Assembly: GCA_964106915.2 (NCBI GenBank)
Contig: OZ066924.1
DNA: 64,000 nucleotides
Direction: 5' to 3' (one strand)
Origin: Podarcis gaigeae
Lineage: Eukaryota
Part shown: in pieces, positions 1-11,719 of the stretch
Layout: each line of letters begins with the position of its first letter
How positions within the stretch are numbered: the stretch's first letter is position 1
Notes under the pieces: generated by a model
Databases searched by the model: none
What the model was told of the DNA's origin: nothing
What the model saw: only the letters and a program-made list of their open reading frames with translations
Made by a program: the position numbers and the translations under genes

Positions 1-54
1 AACAAGAAATCAACACCAAACTGCTTAAAATAATTTATAGACTTCCCCAGGACT

Positions 55-141
55 GCATGAATTCTGTGTGCACTTATCTGGGAGTAAGCCTTTTGCACTC
101 AATGGGACCTTGAAATTCTGATTAAACATGCATAGGATTGC
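55..141. mobile_element. Short palindromic MITE-like repeat (cttacctgggagtaag / cataggattgca type)
   Basis: The motif cacttatctgggagtaagcc...catgcataggattgc recurs in degraded form at about 22801-22890, 48545-48631 and 59315-59500. Confidence 0.55.
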
Positions 142-609
142 TTTACTGATGAGTTCACCTGTTCACTTTCAAGAGTTAACAAGTCCTGTTTGTTTTGACT
201 CAGTTAAACTGATTTCCAGAAAAAGCTTAGCTTCGTTAAAGAAGGTAACAACATATAGTCAACTGAAAATTCATTGAGGGCAAATAAATATAACAGATTC
301 AGCTGGGGCAACCCAGTGCAATAGGCTTCTTGTGGATCAAAACTAAGCTCCATGGAGCATATCACCAGTGGGGATAAGCTCACCAATCCTATCACCATTG
401 TCCATGGCAATGCACATGATTTACATACTCAGAACTACCCAGGATTTCAGAGTAAAATGCCTAGGTTGATGAAACCCATCTGGAAGGTTGTTCACTGGAA
501 ACAGAAGGGTAGAACGGGCATAATTTATGTCAGAGCTATTTGGGAACAAGTCCAAAAACATCTTCTGAGAGAGGAAATAGCTTGTTACTCAAAAAGGAGA
601 GCAGAGAGA

Positions 610-932
610 GGCCACGTTCACACTGTAGATTTTAGGCACTGTGAAACCACTTTAAACAGTCTTGGTTTCCCCCAAATAATTCTGGGAGTTGTAGGGTGCT
701 GAGAGTTAGGAGACTCCAATTCCTCTCACAGTGCTACACAGTGGTTTAAAAATGAATCCCTCTTCACAGGGTACTGTGGGAATTGTTGCTCTGTGAGAGG
801 AATTTGAGGTGTGTGTCTCCAAACAACTCTAAGCACCCTTAGCCAACTACAACTCTTAGAATTATTTGAGGGGAAGCCATGGTTCTTTATAGTGGTAGCA
901 TATTACTTTAAAGATATGGTATAAATGTAGTG
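610..932. mobile_element. Fold-back (palindromic) non-autonomous DNA transposon, about 320 bp
   Basis: Nested inverted arms: 664-694 pairs with 847-878, and aattcctctcacag (718-731) pairs exactly with ctgtgagaggaatt (791-804). No coding capacity. Confidence 0.7.
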
Positions 933-1421
933 AGAGAGAGGGAGAGAGAGAAGTGAGCTGTGAAGGTGAGGATATGGCTGACGAGAGGCTAATGTTCCTA
1001 CACAGCATTTGGGGAGGAAGAGAGTTGTTGGAACAGGAAATATCAATAAGCCAATGAAGATAAGAAGGAGAGAGGCCTTTTTGGAAGGTAAACATTTCAA
1101 GATGGAAAGTGCAGCCTTGCCAAAAACAACAATGTACGGATAATTAAAGGAAAAAGCTAGCAGACATGCAAGGAAAAACTACAAGGCCTACAGAACAGAT
1201 GAAAAACCCATAAGTACATGACTCAGCATATTATTAATGACAACGGACAGGAAAAGGAAAAGAAAAGAAAATCCTCCACACATTTTTGCAGTGAGCAAAT
1301 CAGTCTTGATTTGTTAAATTTAAGGAAACAGCATGTTAACCATGCTCTAAGTAGATATTTTACTTCAGCACAGGGCACAGAGCATGTAGTGCATTTAAAA
1401 GCTTAACAACAACAGCTATAC

Positions 1422-1530
1422 CAGCAGCGACAGGACTACTGCTGCCCGTGTTGCTAGCAGTACTACCAAATGTGCTCCACAGAGAGTTTGTCTTATCAAA
1501 GTTTGATCTTGATGCAGGAAATTGAGCATC
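1422..1530 (-). CDS. Candidate 109-nt internal exon of an unidentified host gene
   Basis: Minus-strand acceptor cttctgttattccag| and a weak donor G|gtatag in non-repetitive sequence. Two frames are open: DAQFPASRSNFDKTNSLWSTFGSTASNTGSSSPVAA or MLNFLHQDQTLIRQTLCGAHLVVLLATRAAVVLSLL. No homology recognised; it could be untranslated. Confidence 0.4.
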
Positions 1531-3790
1531 CTGGAATAACAGAAGTATCACTCAAAACTGGCTAAGGTTGCGAGGAAGAAGGGGGTTGACTGTATTTACT
1601 AGAGATAGCTTCCAGATTTTGTTCCACTTCAGTCTTTTACAGCTTGATCAACATGTATTTCAGATCCTCTTTGAGGGTTTGTTTGTTTGTTTTACAATCA
1701 AATGGTGTATAAATTTTATGAAATAAATAAATTATAAAATACCCTCCACCTGGAAACACGAAGTACCTGCTTTCTCCTTGTGTGTTTGTGAAGAGTGGCT
1801 ACGTCCTAAATACGCGTGTTATATTGTGCTATTCAATGCTGGTATCAAATGTGCCAATTTTACTATTACAATGTGACCAGTCTAGCTTTAGTAACTCTTA
1901 CTGCACAGCTTTGAACTTATGGCTCTTTTGCTGCGCCCAAAAGGAGTTACATAATGACAAAGATTGTGCAGATTTGTGATACTGGTCTGTGAGGGCATTG
2001 GGTACCTTCATAATGTATGGTCTGGCTTGAAGGAAAAGATTCTGAAGGTAATATTTTATTGAGTGAGTCACCAGTGGCTCACATTGGGTTTGCTCAGAAA
2101 TAAGCAAAGCCATTTCCTCTAAAACTGGGAAATGGCTTGGCTAATTAATTTTTGAGCGAATCGGAATTCCACCTCCACCCCATATTTGACAGGCAGGAAT
2201 CACTTGTAAGTCCCAGTCCCTGGCTATTAACTGACAGCTTCTGTGGCCAGGAGAGATACTTCTTGGACATTCCAAGGAAGTTTGGAATGGACTGAGAAGC
2301 CTTATTCCATCCTACTTCAGTTTCACTTCTGTTCAATCATAGTTCCATCCTATTTTGTGTGCATTTTTTTTTAAGAACACATCCAAACCCTGCCTTTTAA
2401 TTGCATGCACCTTTAATGCAAAGCACACATTTTTCAATACTTTATGCTACATGTTTTATGTTACACCTTACCCTGTTTATGCACACTCAACTGCTTTGAT
2501 CAGTGGAACTGATTTCCCTTGTTGTTGTATCTGTTTAGAAAAGGACTGTTTTTCATCTTTAAATAGTGATCTATAAGTTGCTCTGGAAGCCATGATGGAA
2601 ATCATTCAAATAAATAATAAATAAATAAATGGGCAAGCACATATTTAAAAGCACAGACAGAACTTTTGCATCTCTGCCACAGTGCTTTTCAATGAAGTCC
2701 ATTCACACATTCAGCCTTTATCTGTGTTTTCTGCCTTCTACATGCTAACCTAGCTACTCCTCTGGTGTTTGACACTTCTACAAAGTGGAACGAAGGATAA
2801 TAAAGGAGGCTGAAAGAATATTGGCAGTATTCCTGCTGTTCAGAATCAGCAGATAAATATACGTTAGGGCTTTATTCTGTTTGGCCTGATTTCTCACCCT
2901 TTCACACAGGCACCATTGCTCGTGATATATGGCGGAGAAATGTATTCGATTTCACAAAACAGGGATTTCATTAAAACAATTTGAAAGATGCTGAAAGGAA
3001 AGGGTGCAGCATGTGTACGTTGAACTCGCTTTATATGCCTCTTCTTGGCTATACTGGAGGGGAGGGATGCTGTTACTTTAGCAACTGCAATAAAATATGG
3101 TACTTGTGCTCACAGCTGCCTCTGCATCATTGCCCGGTGCCCAATCCCCTTCTATTCACATCTAGAATGTCTCCCAGAAGAAATAAATATTATCATGCAG
3201 AATTCCTTTAGGACAACCTGACAGAAGTTAAATAGAATCCTTTGCCTTTCCAGAAGCAGAATCTTCATGTTGCCATCATTTCGTTGTTCACTAAAATATC
3301 AAGAGAATGAGCAATCTTACAGCATTTTAACAGGAAATACCCAGAAAGGCAATTTCTTTTAGAATTTCAATGAGCTTCAGGCTAACATAATCTGCAGAGG
3401 TTGGGGGGCTGAATATAAACGGAATATATCGGTATTTTAAAAAACACAATTTCTCAAAGAGAAAATAGAAAATATACTATCTGTAACACCCCCATCCTCA
3501 CCCACAATACTAGATTTTGCTGCTGCTTAAAGCAAATTCTAATTCTTTTCTCTGTGGGGGCTATATTAAAAATACAGTCAGATAATGGTACAGTGTCTTG
3601 ACGAGACAGGCAGATACTTTTATTAATATGCCTCACAGCTCTATTCAGGTGAACTTGAACAGATATATATTATTTGGCACAGAATAGGAATTTCAGGTAC
3701 CAGAGACTATAATTACGAGGTTTCCCCTTATAACTCTGCCAAATCTGCCTCATTTGGGGCCCATCAGTTACATGGCCTGCATACACAAAC

Positions 3791-3930
3791 CTAGGGAGCT
3801 GCCATATAAGCCATCAGGCAATTGGTCTATCTAGCTTAGTGTTGTCTGTGCTGATTGGTTCATCCTGGAGTTTTTAGGGGCTGAATCTGTGACCTTCCAA
3901 ATGCAAAGCAATCGTTCCAATACAATGCAG
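3791..3930 (-). mobile_element. Degenerate tRNA-derived squamate SINE (Squam3-like)
   Basis: Reverse-orientation match to the taggaagctgcc...ggtccatctagctcagt tail and the gaacctgggaccttc...tgcaaagca head motifs. Confidence 0.5.
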
Positions 3931-4430
3931 TAGGGTGGGAGAAGCCAATTTGCGTGCTTCTTAAACAAACATTCTCATATACTGCAGTCATAGACTCAAT
4001 ACCACTACTCTGTGATTAGAATTATCAAAATCACCAGGAAGATCTAACATTATCAGGATGATGCAATTACTATCTAAGTGAAGATTTTTACTGTAATACT
4101 GTATGTGCAGCCTGAGTGACAAATCTAACTTGAAAGTCAGGATAGCATATGTTCAATGTGAAAATAGTAGGATCTAGATGCTAAATGACACAGAATGACC
4201 AGCCATTCCAGAAACTTTTCCAGAAAGAAAAAGGGATGCTAGCTGATCAGGGAGACAAGTGGAGTTTCCCCCCTAAAAGCCTTCGTGTTTGTTGAAACAG
4301 TTGATTCTGCTTTGATGACTAACTATGGTTTGGCTGTAATAACAAAGAACAGTATATGCTGATAGGAAGGACTGTGTAGGTGCAGAGCTAATTCACAGCA
4401 TCAAAAGTGGGCTCTGTCCTTGGTGTTAAA

Positions 4431-4576
4431 CAGTGGTGTAGCGTGGGTTGTCAGCACCCGGGGCAAGGCAAGTAATTTGTGCCCCCTAACCCATGGATTT
4501 GCGCCCCCTAACCCTAACCCCCAGGTGTTGCGCCCGGTGCGGCCAGCCCCCCTGCACCCCCCACGCTATGCCACTG
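4431..4576. mobile_element. hAT-type MITE with internal telomere-like hexamers
   Basis: TIRs cagtggtgtagcgtggg / cccacgctatgccactg. 8-bp TSD gtgttaaa (4423-4430) / gtgttaga (4577-4584). CCCTAA at 4484, 4506 and 4512. Confidence 0.8.
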
Positions 4577-5399
4577 GTGTTAGAAGCAGGCCTAATTGTC
4601 TGCTTCCTATTTTGCTCCTTTGTAAACTAGGCAGAGCTGTGCTTCTGAATCAGAGGAAGAAAAATCTTGCTTCAAGGGGAGTAAAGTGAGCCTGCTGTTC
4701 CATGTTTCAGCAATGCTATTGACAGATCAACCATCAAGGTCAGTGGCTATACTCTAGAAGATGAACAATCCACAAGAGTTTGGGGTCTGCACCTCGATGA
4801 TCAGTCCACCTCCTCTGTTTGTCCAAATAAAGGCTGCATTTATTTGATGCTCTGTGCTAATTTTGAATATCATTTCTTCCAGGAAAGGGCAAAACTCTCA
4901 AATTTATGATGGGCACAGCTATTTAATAGAACACATGGAGGACAACCAAAAAGAAAAGGAATTAAATTGCTGTACTGATTTTCATATTATGTGGAAGTCT
5001 TCCTGAACAATGGGACTAGTGGCATCAGCATGATGCTGGAGTACAGCTAATCAAAATCCAGGAGTCTGTTGTACAGTACAGTGTAGCAATAAGCTATCTA
5101 ACTGAATCCCATTTCATTCCCAAGTATCATTGGCAACATTTGTGCTACTCTCTTGTCAACATACAGAGTAGAAAGTCTGGATAGAAGCAAAGTAAATAAG
5201 TGTGGCAAATGTTTGAATAAATGTTGATTTCTCACATTCCTCTCTGATCCTGAATCAGAATGATATGAAGTCCTAAGAATACTTTATTGAGAATAGGGCA
5301 GCTTTTCATCTCCCCAATACTAGGAGCATAGAAACAAACAAACAAAAAATGCCTCCTGGCTCCATCCTTAAGTTCATTTAGGTACTCAATACTACTAGG

Positions 5400-5972
5400 C
5401 AGTGCTTTTTTTCCTCGGGGGACGCAGGGGTACGCATACCCCAAAGCATTTTGTGAAGCTAACGGGAGAAGAAACTTTTTTTTTAAAAAAAATAGTTTCT
5501 TCTCTAGCACAGTGAATCGTCAGTTCCGTTGCTACCCCTGATGGCAACCTCATTTGCTGTCACAGTGTTTCCTGAGTCTCAGATGGAAGCAAGTGATTAA
5601 TGTGTCAAGTAGGAGTTGCAATCTAGCATGGTGATTGGTCAGTTTCGTTGTTACCACCTACGATGGCAGCTTCATTTCCTTTCCCGGTGATTTTCTTGAG
5701 TCAAAATGAGAGTACAGTGGTACCTCAGTTTATGAACTTAATCCGTTCCTGAAGTCCGTTCTTAAACCAAGGCACGCTTTCCCTAATGAGGCCTCCTGCC
5801 GCCAGTGCCCTTCCACCGTTCAGCTTCCATTTGTAGACTGAGGTAAAGTTTGCAAACCGGAACACTACTTCCGGTTTTGTAGAGTTCGTAAACCGAATTG
5901 TTCGTAAACAGGACTGTTCTTAAACTGAGGCACCACTGTACCCCTAAACATTTTTAAAGAAAAAAAGCACTG
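5400..5972. mobile_element. hAT-type MITE hosting a nested Tc1/mariner MITE
   Basis: TIRs cagtgcttttt / aaaaaagcactg with a perfect 8-bp TSD ctactagg (5392-5399 and 5973-5980). Confidence 0.85.
5715..5938. mobile_element. Tc1/mariner (pogo/Tigger-like) MITE nested in a hAT MITE
   Basis: TIRs cagtggtacctcagttta / taaactgaggcaccactg, flanked by TA on both sides. Confidence 0.85.
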
Positions 5973-6683
5973 CTACTAGGCATTCAATACTACTGTAAGG
6001 TTGCTGAAAGGCTGGTAGTATACAAATAATCCAGAGTTTTGTCTGATAAAAGTTCAAATGTTAGCCTCTCTCTTGCCCAGAGAATGAATAAATTACATTA
6101 GGGATCTTTTGGAGAGGAATTTGATTTGCAAAGGGTATGTTTCTTCTATGAATTAATTACTTCTAAAAGTTTTTAACCCCTGTGGGGTTTTGTAGCAGCA
6201 TTTTAACATATGTCGCCAAAAGAGTTCTTTCACTAAGGAGCTTTCTCCACACTAATCTGCTTAGTCAAAATCTCAGGGTTCTGCATATGTATGTTAAGTT
6301 TGTAATTTCATCTTTAAACATGCAAAAATGTATTCCAGAGCTGCTATCATTGTATTCCTCTTGATTTGTCAATGGAGTGACTACTGTAGGTGACTACTGC
6401 TGGGGCAAACAGTGATAAGAGCAACTGCTGCTGAGCTTCTCCTGCAGAAAGCATCTGTGAGACTTAGTATCATTGAACAGCTGCTCACATGGACCAAGAC
6501 TGCTGACTCAAACAACCAAACTTGGAACATGATAATGAGGCTAGACTGTCTGGGAGCTGACAGCACCGTATTTGCAAATCTGTGACAGAATACACTGGAC
6601 TGGGTTTTTCCCTCCACAGCAAACTTCTTTAATTCTAGAATTCCAATACCATTGCTAAGATATTGTAACACATTATTTAAATT

Positions 6684-6821
6684 GGGCTAGCCAGTGGTTG
6701 TGCCCTCCAAATGTTGTTGGACTCCCATTTCCATCCCTGACTTTTTTCTGGCAATGCTGGCTGGGGCTGATGGGAGCTGGAGTTTAACAACATCTGGAAG
6801 GCACCAAGGTAGCTACTCCTG
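6684..6821. mobile_element. Small hairpin MITE (ggactacaactcccatc family)
   Basis: Internal palindrome atgttgttggactccc...gggagctggagtttaacaacat. Related copies at about 16100-16190, 50185-50323 and 58443-58565. Confidence 0.6.
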
Positions 6822-7889
6822 ACTTAAGTAAACATCACTTTCAAGACTGCTACTCTTCAACATGGCAAAATTTCTTTTTGACCAATTTGAACACTTGTCA
6901 AATGCCCCAATGTAGGAGGAATGCTGGTAGGTAGTTTTCAGTTTGTTTTACGATGATTTCCATGCATACCCAATAATGATCTATCACAGTGCTTTAAGGA
7001 GAAGAACCAGGACACACAATTCATAAGCAGCAAAAGGCCTCAGGATATGCCAATGACTTGCTAGCCATACAATCTGGAAACTCCAAGAGGATTCAGTTGA
7101 TAGAAACTGAACTGCCTTTGAGTATTAAGAATTTGCTCAACAGCAACAGGAAAACAGAAGTTTCATCAGTGGTGACAATGCAGCCCAGATCTTGATGCCT
7201 TTTAAAAAATGAAATGATTAAAAAAGAAAAACCTTAAGAAGAAAGAGTATCCAGCTCTACTTGCTTACAACCCAAAAATCACTATGTAATCTCTATCCCA
7301 TCTTTTTCTTTTCCACATTTTTTTACTTGTTGCTAGTTTAAGTTATTATGTATATAGAACAACTGACATTACCAAACAATATTCATATTTAGAAAATAAA
7401 ACTAGTCTGATTTCTGTAAGTGTTTGTGAAAATAACTCCTCTTTATTTATGAACACATTATTCAGAACTTCTGGGAAATTCATCTGCAGAAATGCCATTG
7501 AAATTAATAGGTGGTGTCTCTATGCTAAGGGAAGAGGATTCAGTTGCCCTCACGTACACACTTTTCTTGTTATTAAAATCACTACACATATATTTTGTAT
7601 GTGGTTAGGAGAGGCCTTGGTTTCAACAAATGGGTCTACCACCCTCACATGTGGCTTCAGCAAGCTTTATAATAATTTTACCTATCCTTTCTACTTCTAA
7701 CTTTCCCTCAGAAGGAGATTCCTTTATGAGCTTTCCAACTGTTATTCAGTACGGAGGGGAATAGCATCTTCCTTTCAATCACCAACTGGGCCCACATAAA
7801 ATGCACTAAGAAGTCTTTATACATACATGGCACGCACACACACACAATTTAGTTACATTCCACAAGGTCAAAAATCAACATCAAAAGCA

Positions 7890-8030
7890 CAAACACTTAC
7901 TGGATTCACGCCTTACTTATCGGAAATCACCACACACAGTCAAATAGGGGGTGACTCATACCTGCTGTTTCTTGACTCTGGGTTAAGCCAGGAACATAAA
8001 TAATGTCAATCCGCTCAAGTAAATTTTACA
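7890..8030 (-). promoter_or_regulatory. Candidate alternative first exon or enhancer with clustered splice donors
   Basis: Minus-strand donors CAG|gtatga (exon end 7962), TAA|gtaagg and CCA|gtaagt (exon end 7901). AP-1 TGACTCA at 7952-7958, GATA and RUNX-like motifs, and several retained CpGs. Confidence 0.3.
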
Positions 8031-8613
8031 CAGATTACATCTGAATTGAGTTATATGGCATGCTTTATTTTACCCAACAACTGAAATCAAGTCATTGGTC
8101 AGAAAGATTTTTTTAAGGGTGAAGAGTAAAATAAGGAAACAGACAATGTCTTCATGGTTATAGTGTGTCTTCTCTTTTTTGGTTTTGCCTTAAAGGCCAC
8201 ATGATTATTAAATATGAATGATAACTTAATTCATATAATGCCACCACTCTGCTGGAGTAAAGGAATCAGCTTCTTCAAGGCAGCATTTATAGCCTTGGCA
8301 CCTTCCTTTAATGTTCCTTATTTCTAACATTTATTTCCTCCTCAGAACCAGTGTATTGCAAAATATCTGACCATAATGCTGGAGTTCCTTAATCTACAGA
8401 CTGATAGGATCCGGCAAGAAGCAGCAGCATGAAGATAGTTGAGTTAACCATGACTGCTTCTTCTGTTTCCCATAGTGCGCTTGCAAAAAGTTGCATGAAC
8501 AGGTTTATCTAGTTTTGGTGTGTTGGATCCACTTCATCCCGACTGATACACATGGGACAATGCACTTCATTCCATATGATGTAAACGATGACTAACTTGT
8601 ACTATTGATTTTA

Positions 8614-8973
8614 AAAGGTAAAGGTACCCCTGACTGTTAGGTCCAGTCGCGGACGACTCTGGGGTTGCGGCACTCATCTCACTCTATAGGCCGAGGGAGC
8701 CAGCGTTTGTCCACAGACAGCTTCCAGGTCATGTGGCCAGCATGACTAAGCCGCTTCTGGTGAACCAAAGCAGCACACGGAAACGCCGTTTACCTTCCCG
8801 CTGGAGCGGTACCTATTTATTTACTTGCACTTTGACATGCTGTCGAACTGCTAGGTTGGCAGGAGCAGGGACCGAGGAACGGGAGCTCACACCGTCGTGG
8901 GGATTCGAACTGCCGACCTTCCGATTGGCAAGCCTTGGCTCAGTGGTTTACACCACAGTGCCACCCACCTCCC
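8614..8973 (-). mobile_element. Sauria/Squam1-type SINE, full length
   Basis: tRNA-like head, conserved core and (ACCTTT)n tail on the minus strand. 14-bp TSD tactattgatttta (8600-8613 and 8974-8987). Confidence 0.93.
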
Positions 8974-10821
8974 TACTATTGATTTTAGTGAGACCTAAAT
9001 TCAACAAACTTTGTTGGGATCCAACCCAATGAATTTATGTGTGTTGCTGGTCTTCAGTGATGCAGATATTTAGTGTTAATTAACAGGATTCACTTGTGTC
9101 TCTTGCTTCAGCACATGCCTAGGCATGTTTCATCCTTGCAGCCAGCACATTACCCTTGGGTAATGCTTAACTTGAGAAGAAACAGCTCATATAATTTATA
9201 GCAGCAGCTTCTCATTGGGGTTTTCTTTAGTTTTTCCCCTACCTATTCTTTGAATGATCAGCATCACTTTGAATCCTACGGATAGCTCTCATATATGTGT
9301 GCATGTGTGCATGTGTGCATGCACTGATAGGCTTCAGTCAGTTACTAATATGCTGTTTGAATGTCTACACTGCATCTTTGCCAATAAAGTATTAAAACCA
9401 CGGCACCTAGCAGATCATCTACAGCCAAGTTCAAAATGCAGATCGAAAGCTAAATGCTCCCACATTGTGCACGATGTGTATTATTTACTGGTATTCTCTG
9501 GACTAAGAATTAGCCTAGGTGTTAGCCTGTGCAAAATGCTTTTCTGATGTTAGATTTTCATTTGTTCATTTTCCAATGATTTTTTACAATGCACAGGCCA
9601 TACGAATCTCAGATAATGGCCGAAAACTTAAATCTGTGCCTACAACACCTGAAAAAGAAATCTAATTCTGATTTGTGAGTGTGGTTCAGGTAACTGACAT
9701 TCAGAAATGGGTTCATACAAGAGCGCTGGCATATTTTTTTTATTATTCTCTGTTCCAGAGTTCCTTTTAATGCTTTTGAAAATAAAGTTTAAATACAATC
9801 AATTGACATGCAGAGATGTTTGTTCCCATTTTTGAAGATAAAGAGCTCCTTCTCTTAAAAGAAATTGTAGCAACCAAATACAAAATGCTATTTTTATTTC
9901 ACAAAATGAAATGTAATTATTTAGAGCTCCCCCCCTTACAAGAGCACTTTGTAACCAAAGGGAAGAAATATAGTGCAATCTGCTATGTTTAATGATGACA
10001 AAATATCTTTAGATTGTATCTGGTTTTGAGCATTGCCACCTCCACTGAATATCATGTCCCATAGATGCAGCCTCCAGACAGGTGAGATTCACATTCCCGT
10101 AATGTGCTGTCCTGTGGCTGTGGGTAGATTGTGTGCCTCCCCCGATAGAATGGTCAAGCTAATTCTAGGAGACATGACAATGAGTCCATGGGAAAGAGCC
10201 TTGCAATTGGCCCCACCCATGTGGATGCATCATTGACACATAGCTTCCATCCATGTGGGAAGGCATCAAAGATGATTGACTCTCAGATGGTTGGCTGCTG
10301 CATCAGTAGAGTACTGAATGCTAAGGAGTAATGGGGAGCTCACTCCCTTGGACCACCAAAGGTTTCGAAGTATGCGAGAAGCAAGATACCTCGCTCAATT
10401 CTCTCTCCTTTATGCCAGTTTCAGATACAAATGAAAGCAACGAGGGCAATGAAATCTCATTGGGGTAAATGCCATTTTAGATACCAGAGACTGAACAAAA
10501 TTGACCAAATATAATATTAGTGGGATCCCTCCACTGCATCCAAAATTGAGTTCCAAATCCCCTTTTTTTGGTAGCAGTTCTAAACATGTGGCAGTAAATT
10601 ACAGTGTTTGTGTTTCAGCTTATTACTTTTCAATGTTTCTGCCAAGTGCATAAAAGTAAGTATCTGAGGGACATCTGAGGGACACCACGAGTCCCTGCAT
10701 GAAGTGCACATTGATCCTCTGTGCTAAAAAGCTGCATTTTCATACAGAACTAATGAAGAAGTTTCTAACTTAGCCACTTTCTGATATGCTCTTTTTTGTG
10801 AGCATGGAGGAGGTGTTTTTA

Positions 10822-10869
10822 AAACAAACAAACAAACAAACAAACAAACAAACAAACAAACAAACAAAC
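10822..10869. repeat. (AAAC)n microsatellite
   Basis: Read directly from the sequence. Confidence 0.95.
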
Positions 10870-10890
10870 ACAAACATGAGGTCAGGAGTG

Positions 10891-11719
10891 CAGACAGGCC
10901 TGTAGTTTGAGAAGCAACTCCTCAAATATCTTCCTATTATGAACTTCAAGTGTGGGGCACTCCCATACCTTTCAACATTTCTCTGATGAAAATAGCGACA
11001 CCCTAAACAACAACAGCAAAAACAACAACATCCCACCCATCTGACTGGGTTGCCCCAGTCACTCTGAGTGGCTTCCAACATACATAAAAAATAATAAAAC
11101 ATTAAACATTTTAAAAAACTTCCCTATACCTTCAGATGTCTTCTAAAGGTTGTATAGTTATTTATCTCCTTGGCTCGGATGTTGCATAACCTGCAACGTT
11201 TCTCCAATGAAAATAAGGACGTCCTACCATACCCAGGAAACAGGTGGCACTGTGATCTAAACCACAGAGCCTAGGGCTTGCTGATCAGAAGGTCTGTGGT
11301 TCGAATCCCGCAACGGGGTGAGCTCCCATTCTTCGGTCTCAGTTCCTGCCAACCTAGCAATTCAAAAGCACATCAAAGTGCAAGTAGATAAATAGGTACC
11401 GCTCTGGCGGGAAGGTAAAATGGCGTTTCCGTGTGCTGCTCTGGTTCGCCAAAAGTGGCTTAGTCATGACCTGGAAGCTGTATGCTGGCTCCCTCGGCTA
11501 ATAAAGCGAGATGAGCGCCCCAACCCCAGAGTCGTTCGCGACTGGACCTAATGGTCTAGGGTCCCTTTACGTTTACCTTACCGTACCCTCCAGCATTTAT
11601 CTGATGAAAATAGGGATGTCTTAAGGAAAAGCAGGATATTTCATGATCAAATCAGAAACTGGGATGGCTTCTGTAAATCCGGGACTGTCCCTGGAAGATA
11701 GGGACACTTGGAGGGTCTG
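10891..11719. mobile_element. Composite MITE-like element containing an L2 3' tail and a SINE insertion
   Basis: Three copies of a caacatttctctgatgaaaatagggac-like unit (about 10974, 11195, 11591). The end reads gggacacttggagggtctg. An L2 3' end at about 11006-11190 resembles 52830-52980. The left boundary is approximate. Confidence 0.55.
11235..11578 (+). mobile_element. Sauria/Squam1-type SINE
   Basis: A/B-box head (gtggcactgtgatctaaacc...ggttcgaatccc), core and ccctttacgtttacct tail. TSD taccataccc (11225-11234) / taccgtaccc (11579-11588). Confidence 0.92.

Noticed and set aside
10974-11620. Spaced ~28-bp repeats resembling a CRISPR array
   Set aside because: The context is a eukaryotic transposon, the spacing is irregular because of L2 and SINE insertions, and there are no cas genes.
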